From: Xylographa opegraphella
Taxonomy: Eukaryota
Direction of reading: 5' to 3'
Assembly: GCA_022813865.1 (NCBI GenBank)
Contig: JALDZX010000013.1
Coordinates: forward strand, 434,001-462,478
DNA length: 28,478 nt
Below, one piece after another: positions 1-9,999 of this stretch. Numbering within the stretch: the first letter of the stretch is position 1; every line of letters begins with the position of its first letter. The notes beneath the pieces were generated by a model, which was not told the origin of the DNA, did no database searches, and was given only the letters and a program-made list of their open reading frames with translations. The translations under genes were made by a program, and so were the position numbers.

Positions 1-1661
1 CCTGCAGGCGCTGCGATAGTGCGTGCCGAGATCTTAATTGTGCCACCAGTTCCGAAGAGTCGAGCGCGGCGTTGTTGAGGAGCGTGGTGGGGATGACGAG
101 GAGCGCGGCGGCAAAGGCTCCGATGGCGAGCTGCTCACGGGAGCCGACTGTGCCGGCGAATTCTTCAAGATATATATGCAGCGCGGTTTCCACGGCGCCA
201 CCACCAGGAACGATGCTCCCGCTCTCAAGGGTACGTTTAACAGCCGAAAGAGAGTCGTGGACGGAGCGCTCCATCTCGTCAAGCTGGTAGTCGTTGGAGC
301 CGCGGAGAATGATTGAGGCAGAGGTATGGACTTTCGTGCCCTTGACAAGGATACACTCGTCATCGGAGATTTTCTCCTGAGAAACCTCTTCCGCATGCCC
401 GAGGGATGATGCAGCGAAGTTCTCATCGCCGTTAATATCCGAAAGGGAGGCAACAAGGGTGGCACCGGTGGCTTTGGCAATTCGGCGGAGGTCTTCCTTC
501 TTACAGCGACGGACAGCCATGGCCCCTTTTTCTATAAAAAGCTTTAGGACCAGATCATCGATGCCTTTGGTGGTGAAGACGACGTTGGCGCCTGCCTTGA
601 GAATCATTTCCACACGCTCAATGACCATGCCTGCTTCTCTTGCACGAATCTGCTCGAGCTGCTGCGGGTCATCAATGGTGATTTGCACTCCCAGCTTCAT
701 GCGCTCCTTTTGCAGGTTCATGTCCAGGCAAGCGATCTTGGCATCCATGACACGGGTTTTCATGGCCTGCGAGGCCACGGTGCAGTTCAGTGCGTAACCC
801 TTAACTAGGATAGATTCGGTAGAGCTTTTTCCGTGGGCCTTGAGCACGTTGACTGCTTTGACAGGATATCTGATTTCATTACGGTTGTTTGTGGATTTGA
901 CGGATTGCATAGCGTTGACGACCATATTAGCGAAGAATTCAGAGTCGGATCCGATGATCTTGCTAGACATTGAGGTTGTAGCGATGTTTATAAGGGATTC
1001 GCGGCCGAGGTGCTCGACTTTGACACTGATGTTCTCGTTCATGTACTTGACGGCTTCGCGAAGAGCTAACCGGTAGCCAGTAATGATTGTAGTGGGATGA
1101 ATGCGATTCTTGACTAGTTCGTTCGCACGTCGTAAAAGCTCTGCTGCTATCAGAACGACCGAGGTGGTGCCGTCACCAACCTGACCTTCATTAGCCAGCC
1201 CCTTGGATTGCTTGCAAATGCCATACTTCTTTATCTTGTTGTTGCGCCAGATCCACCAGTATCTTCCCAGCAGGGTGCTCTATCTCCAGTAGACTCAAGA
1301 TCGTGGCTCCATCATTTGTCACCGTGACATCCTAGAGCCATCAGCTCTGGTAACAATTTTCCATACACTTCCTTCGCCTACCCCAATATCGTCGACCATC
1401 ATTTTATCCAGTCCAGAGGGTCCGAAGGAGCTTTTAACCACATTTGCTATGGCTTGTGTCGCAAGAACTACCTCTGAGTTAGCCGAAGTCCTTAGAAAGC
1501 GTAGGATACCGGCAAGTACCGTTCTGGTCTCGTACATCTGCTCCACTGATCTTGGTACCTCCAAGAACTACCACGATTATCAGCTTTTGCCGAGATGGGG
1601 GAAAAAATCAGCACTGACACAAAGTACCGGCATTCCGGGGTTGCTCGAAAATATTTGACAT
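1..1661 (-). CDS. TCP1: T-complex protein 1 subunit alpha (CCT-alpha chaperonin); 3' end lies beyond the window
   Basis: ATG at 1661. The spliced N-terminus reads [71 protein letters not shown]...GDGTTSVV, which are CCT-alpha motifs. Four short GT-AG introns (last one 1226..1181), then an open exon 1180..1. Confidence 0.96.
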
Positions 1662-1915
1662 CTTGAGGAGAATTTATTCAGTTGAATCGCTCATACCAAG
1701 CTATTTCCAAGGCGCTCCAGAAATTTTGACAGTCACGATTGAAGCCCAAGCGGGAGACGCGACGCGCTAGCTGATCAGCCCTACCAAAACATCCCTGTCG
1801 TGCTGCTGTTGAACCCCACGCACCCCTCTGACAGAGAGCGAGCTTTTACGACACTTGCTCGCGTACGTCTCACAAGAACCATTGAGCTTTACAAAAACTC
1901 GAGGTAGCCGGGTCC
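1662..1915. promoter_or_regulatory. Putative bidirectional promoter between TCP1 and prolyl-tRNA synthetase
   Basis: Only about 254 bp separate the two divergent start codons. Confidence 0.6.
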
Positions 1916-3857
1916 ATGGCCGACCATAGTGCCTCCGAACTTGAGAGCAGAATGGACTCGACGAAGCTCGCTGATGCTGCTGCCCAGGTAGAACCCCAAG
2001 AGATTTCCAAGAGTGCTGCGAAGAAGGCCGCCAAGCAAGAGAAGCTGGCCGCGGAGAAAGCGAACAAATCTACGACAAACACCACCAAGGAAGCCGGTCG
2101 GGCAGAGGCCAGGAAAGCCGTGAGCAAAACACCAAAGAAGAAAATAGAAGGAGCGGCCTTAATTGGGATCGACGTGTCGAAGGAGGAGGACTTTTCTGGC
2201 TGGTATCAACAGGTCTTGACCAAAGGAGACATGCTAGACTACTACGATGTATCCGGTTGCTACATTCTAAAGGTATAGACCTACTCGCAACTGTTCTTCT
2301 TCTCTAACGGCAGCCCAGCCTCCGTCGTACTTCATCTGGGAAGAAATACAGCAATGGTTCAACCACCGGATAAAAAAGCTTGGCGTCAAAAACTGCTCAT
2401 TTCCAATGTTTGTGTCACAAGATGTTCTGGAGAGGGAGAAAGATCATATCGAGGGCTTCGCGGCAGAGGTCGCATGGGTTACACATGCGTATGTCAATTC
2501 CTCCTAGAGCCTCAGCTATAAGCATGGACTAACTGCATTCGCAGGGGCAACACTCCGCTTGAGAAGAAGATTGCCATTCGTCCCACATCAGAAACTGTCA
2601 TGTACCCTTACTACGCAAAATGGATACGAAGCCACCGTGATCTACCCCTAAGACTAAACCAGTGGAATTCTGTAGTGAGGTGGGAGTTCAAGCATCCACA
2701 GCCGTTCCTCCGTACTCGCGAGTTTCTTTGGCAAGAAGGTCATACTGCTCATCTCACTCAGGAAGGAGCGGGAGAAGAAGTCCTTCAAATACTGGACTAC
2801 TATGCTGGTGTCTACGAAGACTTACTAGCCGTTCCCGTCGTCAAGGGTAGGAAAACGGAGAAAGAAAAGTTTGCGGGAGGGCTATATACCACAACTGTGG
2901 AAGGCTATATCCCTGCAACTGGCCGTGGAATCCAAGGAGGTACTTCGCATTGTCTAGGCCAAAATTTCAGTAAAATGTTTGGGATCACAGTCGAAGATCC
3001 TTCTGCCAAAGAAGGCGAAAAGAAAGCCCCATTGCATGTCTGGCAAAATTCATGGGGTCTGTCGACACGTACTATAGGGGTTATGGTAATGATTCATGGA
3101 GATAATCGAGGCCTAGTGATTCCTCCACGAGTTGCAGAATACCAGGTTGTGATCATTCCGGTCGGTGTTACAGCCAAAATGAGCGACGAAGACAAGAATG
3201 GGCTCTACGACCAAGTCGACGCACTTGCTACGGTTCTCCGGGCATGTGACTTACGTGTCGAAACAGACAAACGTGACGGCTACTCCCCAGGATGGAAATT
3301 CAACGAGTGGGAGCAAAAGGGGGTACCGCTACGCCTCGAGTTCGGACCGGGAGAGTCAGATGGGCATTTTGTCACTACATCCCGACGAGACATTGCTGGA
3401 AAGGAGGGTAAAGGCGCCATTCCCATAACTGAGATTAACACGGAAATCCCAGCCTTGCTTGAGAAGATCCAAGCAGATCTCTACGCCCGAGCTGATGAGA
3501 CTTTCAAGGCTCACCGCAAGGTCGTCACGTCGTGGGACGAGTTTGTACCGGCGCTGAATGCTAAGAATGTAGTTCTGATTCCACATTGTTTAACAGAAAA
3601 GTGTGAAGATGAGATCAAAGAGCTGAGTGCAAGGAAAGAAATCGGTGACGAGACCCCGCAGGACGAGAAAGCGCCGAGTATGGGAGCGAAGAGTTTATGC
3701 ATCCCGTTTGATCAGCCTGAGGGTATTGTGAAGGGAGAGACGAAATGCACGAATCCGCAGTGTAAGAACCTGGCGGAGCAGTGGTGTATGTTTGGAAGTA
3801 AGTACTCATCCTTGTGGTTTTCTAGAGTGATACTAATAATTTACAGGGAGCTACTAG
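1916..3857 (+). CDS. Cytosolic prolyl-tRNA synthetase (eukaryote/archaeal type)
   Basis: Exons 1916-2272, 2319-2488, 2545-3797 and 3847-3857. Motifs [33 protein letters not shown]...[33 protein letters not shown] and C-terminal MFGRSY*. An alternative start is possible at 1952. Confidence 0.96.
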
Positions 3858-5928
3858 CTTCTCCAACGTCGCTTGTCAAGGATCAGCGTGCGGCTATCTC
3901 CTAGGTGGTCAGCTGTTGACAGGCGAATTGTTCGATCTGAGATAACTCGTATACTCGTATATCCGATAACTCGATCTACGAAGAGATACGAAGAAGGAAA
4001 TATGGCACGCGTGTGTTCAGCGAGTCAATGACTACGTCGAGTTTCGGCCCACTCAATGGTCCTGATAGGCCTATAACTAGAGCAGCACGAACCTGAAAGA
4101 TACTCAAGTACCATCCCCGTAACCCTCTCAACTACAGCCTTGAACTGTGACAAGAAAGCTTGGCTGTGTCCTAGATCAGACTCAGGTGTTCTGACCTATA
4201 CGTTAAGTAGTGACCACCCTAGTTGTGGTTGTTAGAATAAGGCCAACTGCATGTAAAATAGGTTGACCAGTCGTGCAGGTCCGGTTTCTGATTCAGCATG
4301 CATATTATTGATTCTTGGCTGGAAGTCCGAAGGTACCACCATCGTTTCAACAATACTTTTCTTTTCTTTCTCTGCCTATCTCTTTCCGTCCAACCATACC
4401 AATGTGCTATAATGGTTTCGTTGAGTGACTTCCAAAAGCGTTTGTTCTCAATTTCCAGTTTTTCAGTAGAGGCGCTGAATGAACTAGTCCTCGATGTATC
4501 CTCCTGAAAAATAAACATAATTCTGATTACTGATGTTGTTTCTCTTCTGTGGCTTATTTGATGGTGTTGCTACTAAAACTTACTTGTGAAGTCGGAAATC
4601 ACAAGTCTGGTCTCTCTACAGATCAGACAAGGCAAGGAGGTGGGCAGGGTAAGACTTGCATTCTTGGAAAAGTTCAAGCTAACTTCACAGGTAAGGCCAT
4701 TCGGGGCTGGTGAGATTGCTTTTAAGTGTTATATCACTGATCGGCGGTGGTGGTTCGTACTTGTTAAGCCGGGACCAGTGGCAGATCTAAGAATAGCGCA
4801 AATGAGTAGAGGACGGCAGGTAGGCGATATTACAATACCCAGCAAAGGGCGAGCATCAACGAAGATGGTGGCTACCCAAGTAACAAATTGACCGTTACGT
4901 GTTTCAGCTTGAAGTGTTGCAGATGGAAGTCGCTTGCAGAGCAGGATGAGTGGATATTGCATGGAAGCCAGACGAAAGCTGTAAGGTGTCGTGCAATCGA
5001 GGCGTCAACCAGGTATCTTGTGGAAAATCGACATCTACGATGCAAGCCGCCGGCAGATTTCACGAAATTACTTGTAAGGTAAATGCATCCCACCAGGAAA
5101 AAGGCCATATCAAATTACACAAGAGACAGCAGGTGAACCTCCTCTATTGTAGGCAAAGTTTCTCAATGGTTTTCAGCCGGAAATACGCATGCACCGTAGC
5201 TCCCGGTACTACCGAGCCAGCTCTGAAGGATATTGAACGGCTCTTGACTCATCGGCAACTGCAAGGTGGCTTTTGGATACATATTACTCTATTCGACAAG
5301 AGCCCTAAGGTATTCAATAAGCTCGCTTGTTTCTGTATCGCATTTGGCTGGTCGAAAGCTGGTCTGGTCAGGGGGCCGCCTGCACTGGTATACTCGATGT
5401 CAGTCAATCTTCTGGCATTTAGCCATAAACACAATACATAGCACGATAGTAACGCAAACGGAAGCCAAAGATTCGTGAATTTGAAGAATGGCGATCCGTA
5501 TACTCTTGTACTACTGATTCTGAGGGTTTCGAATATCGCAAACCCCTCATCTTCCCTTGTAGACAAGCTGTATATGTGCTTGCAGTCAAAGTCAGTCAGC
5601 ACACTGCTAACAAAGTCGAGCAGCAATCCTGGTAGTCATATTGTAGGAAAAGCCGCTGAGCTTGAGGGGCTGTGATAACTTGATAATGAATGGACGGTTC
5701 GATTACCCACCGAACCTGAAAGTTAACTCCCACATGCAATATGCTGCTACCACATTTACAACAATATCTAAGCCACAATAATATGATCAAATGTTTGGAT
5801 GAGACCATATAGCTCGACCCAAACGATACAAAGGTGTTGAAAGCCATCGTTGATTTCCAAAGATTGTTACATAATGATAGATATTAGAATCTGATTTACA
5901 CAGCTAATTCTTCGGTTGTGTAGTGTAG

Positions 5929-5981
5929 GTGGGTTATCGGCGTCCCAACGTTGTATTTCTCCCTGCTAACTGAGGCAAAAG
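5929..5981 (+). other. Spliceosomal-type intron 1 in the tRNA D-loop (between positions 15 and 16), 53 nt
   Basis: Donor GTGGGT, identical to the Ras intron 1 donor at 10416. Branch GCTAAC at 5965-5970, acceptor AAG at 5979-5981. Removal restores the A14-G15-A16-G18-G19 D-loop. Confidence 0.78.
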
Positions 5982-5999
5982 AGGTTATCACATCAGATT

Positions 6000-6050
6000 G
6001 TACGAGTTCGATTGACTGCCACTTTCGCTCAAAATACTAATTCCCCTCAG
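6000..6050 (+). other. Spliceosomal-type intron 2 in the tRNA anticodon loop (between positions 33 and 34), 51 nt
   Basis: Donor GTACGA, branch TACTAAT at 6035-6041, pyrimidine tract TCCCCT and acceptor CAG. Removal joins U33 to the UUG anticodon. Confidence 0.85.
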
Positions 6051-6054
6051 TTGA

Positions 6055-6061
6055 ATGAATC
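6055..6061 (+). other. Canonical 37/38 tRNA intron (ATGAATC, 7 nt)
   Basis: Lies one base 3' of the anticodon. Its antepenultimate A can pair with U32 (anticodon-intron pair). Confidence 0.75.
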
Positions 6062-6108
6062 TTCTGGATACCCCGGTTCGAGTCCGGGCACGACCTTAGT
6101 GCTATTAA

Positions 6109-6114
6109 TTTTTT
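6109..6114 (+). terminator. RNA polymerase III T6 terminator
   Basis: TTTTTT begins 13 nt after the tRNA discriminator base. Confidence 0.7.
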
Positions 6115-6271
6115 GGTGGATCTTTTGGCACTTTCCGCGAAAACAAGATGTGTGACGCTATCCTAAAGTGATTATTTATTAGTTCATCCTAAGATAGGAC
6201 TTAACTTACCTCTACGACCTCAGTTTCAATCCCGTCCATCACACCTAAGACTGCTGTTCGACGACGCAATA

Positions 6272-6956
6272 ATGGTGCGCAATGTCCAAAGCAAGCATAT
6301 CGCGTATCTAATACGTCTCGCAGGCCTCAGAGTCTCGCCTTTACACCTTCTCACCAGCAACAACTGCTGATTTACGCAAATTCCGCCTCGGGACATCTCG
6401 AGCCAAAGATCCTCAAGCGGTGATATGTACGTCTTGAGTAATCATGTTGATGTATGCCGAGCCAGGCCCCTTTCTTATATGTCAGCAAGCAAGTCATTCA
6501 AAGACTCAATGACGTTTTCTTGCAAGCATATGGCCCAGGCTGACTATTGTTCTTCAGATCAAATTGACAAGCACACTCTCGAGATCGCTCAAGCGGACGA
6601 TGTCACATACACGAATATGCAGGAGCTAGCAAACGAGCTTCCAGCTCATTCACCACGCTATGTATTACTTAGTTATCCGTTGACTCTGGTGTGTGCTATT
6701 TTACTTTGTTCTTCACGGATCAAGAAGATGGACTGAAAGAATGGCATATGGATCTAACATGGTGAAGACTTCCGGAAGATTATCAGTACCATACGTGATG
6801 GTATACTATTTACCAGTAACATGCAATGCAGAGCTGCGCATGCTGTACGCCGGAGCAAAGGAGCTGATGCGCAACACCGCGGAGGTCGGGAGGGTCATAG
6901 AAATGGCAGATCCGGAAGATCTAGAGGAGATTGAAAAGAGGCTCGGAGGGGAGTAG
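6272..6956 (+). CDS. Glia maturation factor (GMF/Aim7-like) ADF-homology protein, Arp2/3 regulator
   Basis: Exons 6272-6274 (ATG only), 6324-6426, 6558-6688 and 6768-6956. Product MASESRLYTFS...LRKFRLGTSRAKDPQAVIYQIDK...ELANELPAHSPRYVLLSYPLTL-TSGRLSVPYVMVYYLP...RMLYAGAKELMRN. Confidence 0.92.
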
Positions 6957-7482
6957 TAAGGAGTCATTTTGGATGTCAATGCATTCCGCACACGCCACAT
7001 ACTTGAAGCGCGTATGATTTTGTTGCAAAGGACTACGGGCTGCGCTTCTTGTGAAGGGAGTGCATTTCACATCCATAAATGGGCATATAAGCCACAGAGC
7101 TAGATGCTGACAATTGTTTGAGACATTATCTCCTCAATTAGTAGGATGTGTCGAGACACAACATTGCGGCTGCTTGCCCTACCCGGTTTGCATCATCCAT
7201 TTGGCTCCTCGAACTGAAGTGCTAGGAGTTCACATAGGCATAGACCATCTCTCGGATGGTACACTCTATTCATTAGGAACATTGCGCCAGCCGTCGGTGA
7301 TTCTTTCTGGAGTAGACCGATGATACGTGTGAGAGTAAATGTTTGTGGAAGACTTCGAGCCGTAAAACCAAGGGAAACCCCCCCCTTCGTCATTTCCGAG
7401 GCATCTGATCTAGACCAACCACGTTTTTGGGGTTTGCGCGCTCTTACAACCCATACCCGGTACAGAACAGGCACGGCTTTCA

Positions 7483-8592
7483 ATGTTTGCTAGATTGAGT
7501 CAATTGTCTCGTCACTTATCTCGACCACTTCCCAACTACGCCCATACCTCCGCTTCTGTATCACGTCCATCCTTTGCTGGAAGCATCATGACATCATCAT
7601 CAGAGGCTTCAGCGGAGCGGACGAGACGCATGATACACACGGCAGCAGCATTGATCATCGGAGACGAGATACTGAATGGTAAGGTGGGCAGTTGTCTCAT
7701 ATGTTGATGGCACTCCGAGCAAAGAGCTAACACGCTCCCAGACGGTTGACTCCAATTCGGCCTATTTTGCCAAGTTCTGTTTCTCTCTGGGCATCAATCT
7801 CAAACGAATAGAGGTGATTGCCGATGATGAGAGCGAGATCATCGAGGCGGTCAGACGCATGAGCGACAAGTACGACTTCGTCGTCACAAGCGGAGGGATA
7901 GGCCCCACGTATGCACGACACACATGCGGGTCACACAGGTTTCCTACGCTGACCAGCACCTTAGACATGATGACATTACATACGAATCCATCGCCAAGGC
8001 ATTCAACCTGAAACTAAAGTTACATGACGACGCCTTGCGGCGTATGAAAAGGCTGTCGAAGCCTCATCCATCTCAGCCGAACTTTTCGTATGATGTGCCT
8101 AGTCCTGCATTGGAGGCCAAGTTGCGGATGCTTCGACTACCCATCGATACGGAGAGAGAGGAGGAGAGCCAAGTCCTCTTTGTGGATGAGGGTCTCTGGG
8201 TGCCGATCAGTGTTGTGAATGGAAACATACACATCCTACCCGGTGTTCCTCGATTATTCACGCAACTACTGGATGGCCTGAAACCTCGCCTTGTACCGCG
8301 GCTGACAGATCCAGAAGGGAAGGGGATCTACCGAGTAATGATATCCACACCCATGGCAGAGAGTGCAGTGGCGGCGTATTTGACCAAACTGGCCGCCCAA
8401 GCCGAGCCCCATGGCATCAAGGTCGGAAGTTATCCGCGCTGGGGCAAGGGCAGGAACACGGTGACGCTCGTAGGGAGAGACAAGGCGTACATGGACAGCC
8501 TGATCCCAGAGGTCGAAAAGAATGTGCAGGGCATTCGAGTGGACAAGGAAGACGAGGCGGACCACCTTAACCCCGAAGACCTAGAAAGCTAG
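7483..8592 (+). CDS. Molybdopterin-binding (MoCF_biosynth/CinA-like) domain protein, similar to yeast YMR178W-type FAD diphosphatase
   Basis: Exons 7483-7683, 7742-7908 and 7965-8592. Motifs IIGDEILNGK-TVDSNS, VVTSGGIGPT-HDDITY, ILPGVP and KVGSYP. Confidence 0.88.
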
Positions 8593-9967
8593 ATCCCCAG
8601 CCTGGCATAGACTATAGATTCATTCCCTCCGTTGTTTCGAATGACGTGAGATCCGGGAGATGCCTTGCGGCACTGATAGCAAAAATCGATTCACGATCAG
8701 ACATACTTTCTACGTGCTACGAGTAGATAGACCACAGCTGAGGAGTAAGTAGACCAAGCTGGTGCACGGATTCGGTCGCAGCAGCTAGCGCATGGCCTCT
8801 CGCTCTCACTCCCGATATCTACCTTACGCTTTGGGCTCATCACATCTCCAGTGCCAATCTGGAGTAGAAGAGTAAACTACTGATCCGACGGGGTCTCACG
8901 CGTGGCGAGTCCGGATGACAGGAAGCTCGACGTGCCTCACCGGCCGTGTCAGCTTTTCAAGCTTTTCCCAACCGGCTGGGACTTGGGGCGAGCACACACG
9001 TGTTGGGCTGTTCTTTCTGGGGGCCGACGTCCAAGGAAGATGGCAGCGGGCTAGTGTGCTTGCGGCCATGTGCCACGGGCCGGATCTGGATCATGGGAAG
9101 GATGATTTACCCGCAGCCTCCCCATACGAGGGCTGAGGATGTTTATGGTTTGTGGAGATTCGTGGAGATCGTGGAGATGACAGATTATTACGTAGTTTGT
9201 TATAGTGATACAGAGTGATGCTGATGCTGTCCGTCAAGAGTCCAAAGGCGCCCGTGTTTCGGGGATGGCGCTTCCCCCCGAGTCGCGATCCCCGGTGATG
9301 TTGCTTGTGCGGCAAGTGGGCGATCTATCGTACGGGGCGGGTCAGTGGTTGATCGAGCATTCTCATTATTGACGGGTACAGCACCCAACACACGGCCCCC
9401 CTTTCCTGTGTCTTCGGTAGGGCCAGATAGGTGATTGCACCCATCATACTACGTAACGGTAGTGATAATAATGATATAATAAAAGAATAAAAGAATTATT
9501 GTCAGTGTCGCCGTGCGTGGGCCCATGGCTGCAGAACTGTATCACCCATGACCCGGGCTCCCCTTGATGTGGTGAGTCGTCACCTTTGCTTTTGGTGTCC
9601 AGCCCGAGACCTCTCGCTCAAGTACCCTACGGAATGGGCTTATGATGAGTAGGTCCTCGATACTCCGTATGGTATGGAAACTATGGGCGGTAAGGCAACG
9701 CTCCTGCCTAAACCGCGGAGCTCTGGACGTCCCCCTCTCGCCCCCAGCCTATGGGCCTATCATCCATGCCACGTCTGACATCCTGGGCCCCTTCGGAGCA
9801 GCACCTAGAAGGCAGCTAACGTCGGCACCACGAACGTGTGGACGTCCATACCTTACCGTGGGGTAGGGAGAGAGTCTACCTCGCCTACGGGTTAGTGTGC
9901 ACCACTACCCCATCCCTGCTCGTGATAGCTGCAAGCCAGACCGCAACCTGCAGCTGCTTCCTGCATT

Positions 9968-9999
9968 CCACCACCACCACCACCACCACCCCCCCCCCC
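9968..9999 (+). repeat. (CCA)n microsatellite followed by poly-C, upstream of Ras
   Basis: CCACCACCACCACCACCACCA followed by a C run. Confidence 0.8.

Larger units (their letters stand above)
5914..6096 (+). tRNA. tRNA-Gln(UUG) gene split into 4 exons (5914-5928, 5982-5999, 6051-6054, 6062-6096) by two spliceosomal-type introns and one canonical tRNA intron
   Basis: The joined exons give 72 nt: GGTTGTG TA GTGT AGAGGTTA TCAC A TCAGA TT TTG AT TCTGG ATAC CCCGG TTCGAGT CCGGG CACGACC T. Acceptor stem GGTTGTG/CACGACC, D stem GTG/CAC, anticodon stem TCAGA/TCTGG, T stem CCCGG/CCGGG, U73 discriminator. This matches the fungal tRNA-Gln pattern. Confidence 0.9.

Noticed and set aside
34..1076. Listed ORFs over the TCP1 exon (34-480 minus; 38-316, 459-797 and 840-1076 plus)
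   Set aside because: They are off-frame or antisense shadows of the CCT-alpha exon, which the ORF track missed because its stop lies outside the window.
3941..3997. Short repeats (GATAACTCG, TACTCGTA, TACGAAGA) after ProRS
   Set aside because: They are 8-9 bp duplications in the 3'UTR with no larger structure.
5971..5983. Alternative acceptors for tRNA intron 1 (GAG ending 5974 or 5983)
   Set aside because: 5974 is very close to the branch site and would leave 7 extra nt in the D-loop. 5983 would delete G18. Only AAG ending 5981 gives a normal D-loop.
5982..6096. Reading the locus as a 5'-truncated tRNA pseudogene or a tRNA with one long canonical intron
   Set aside because: The missing 5' acceptor strand is present at 5914-5920 and pairs with 6089-6095. 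A single 37/38 intron would give a GTA anticodon on a Gln-type body and would not explain the D-loop insert or the branch and acceptor signals.
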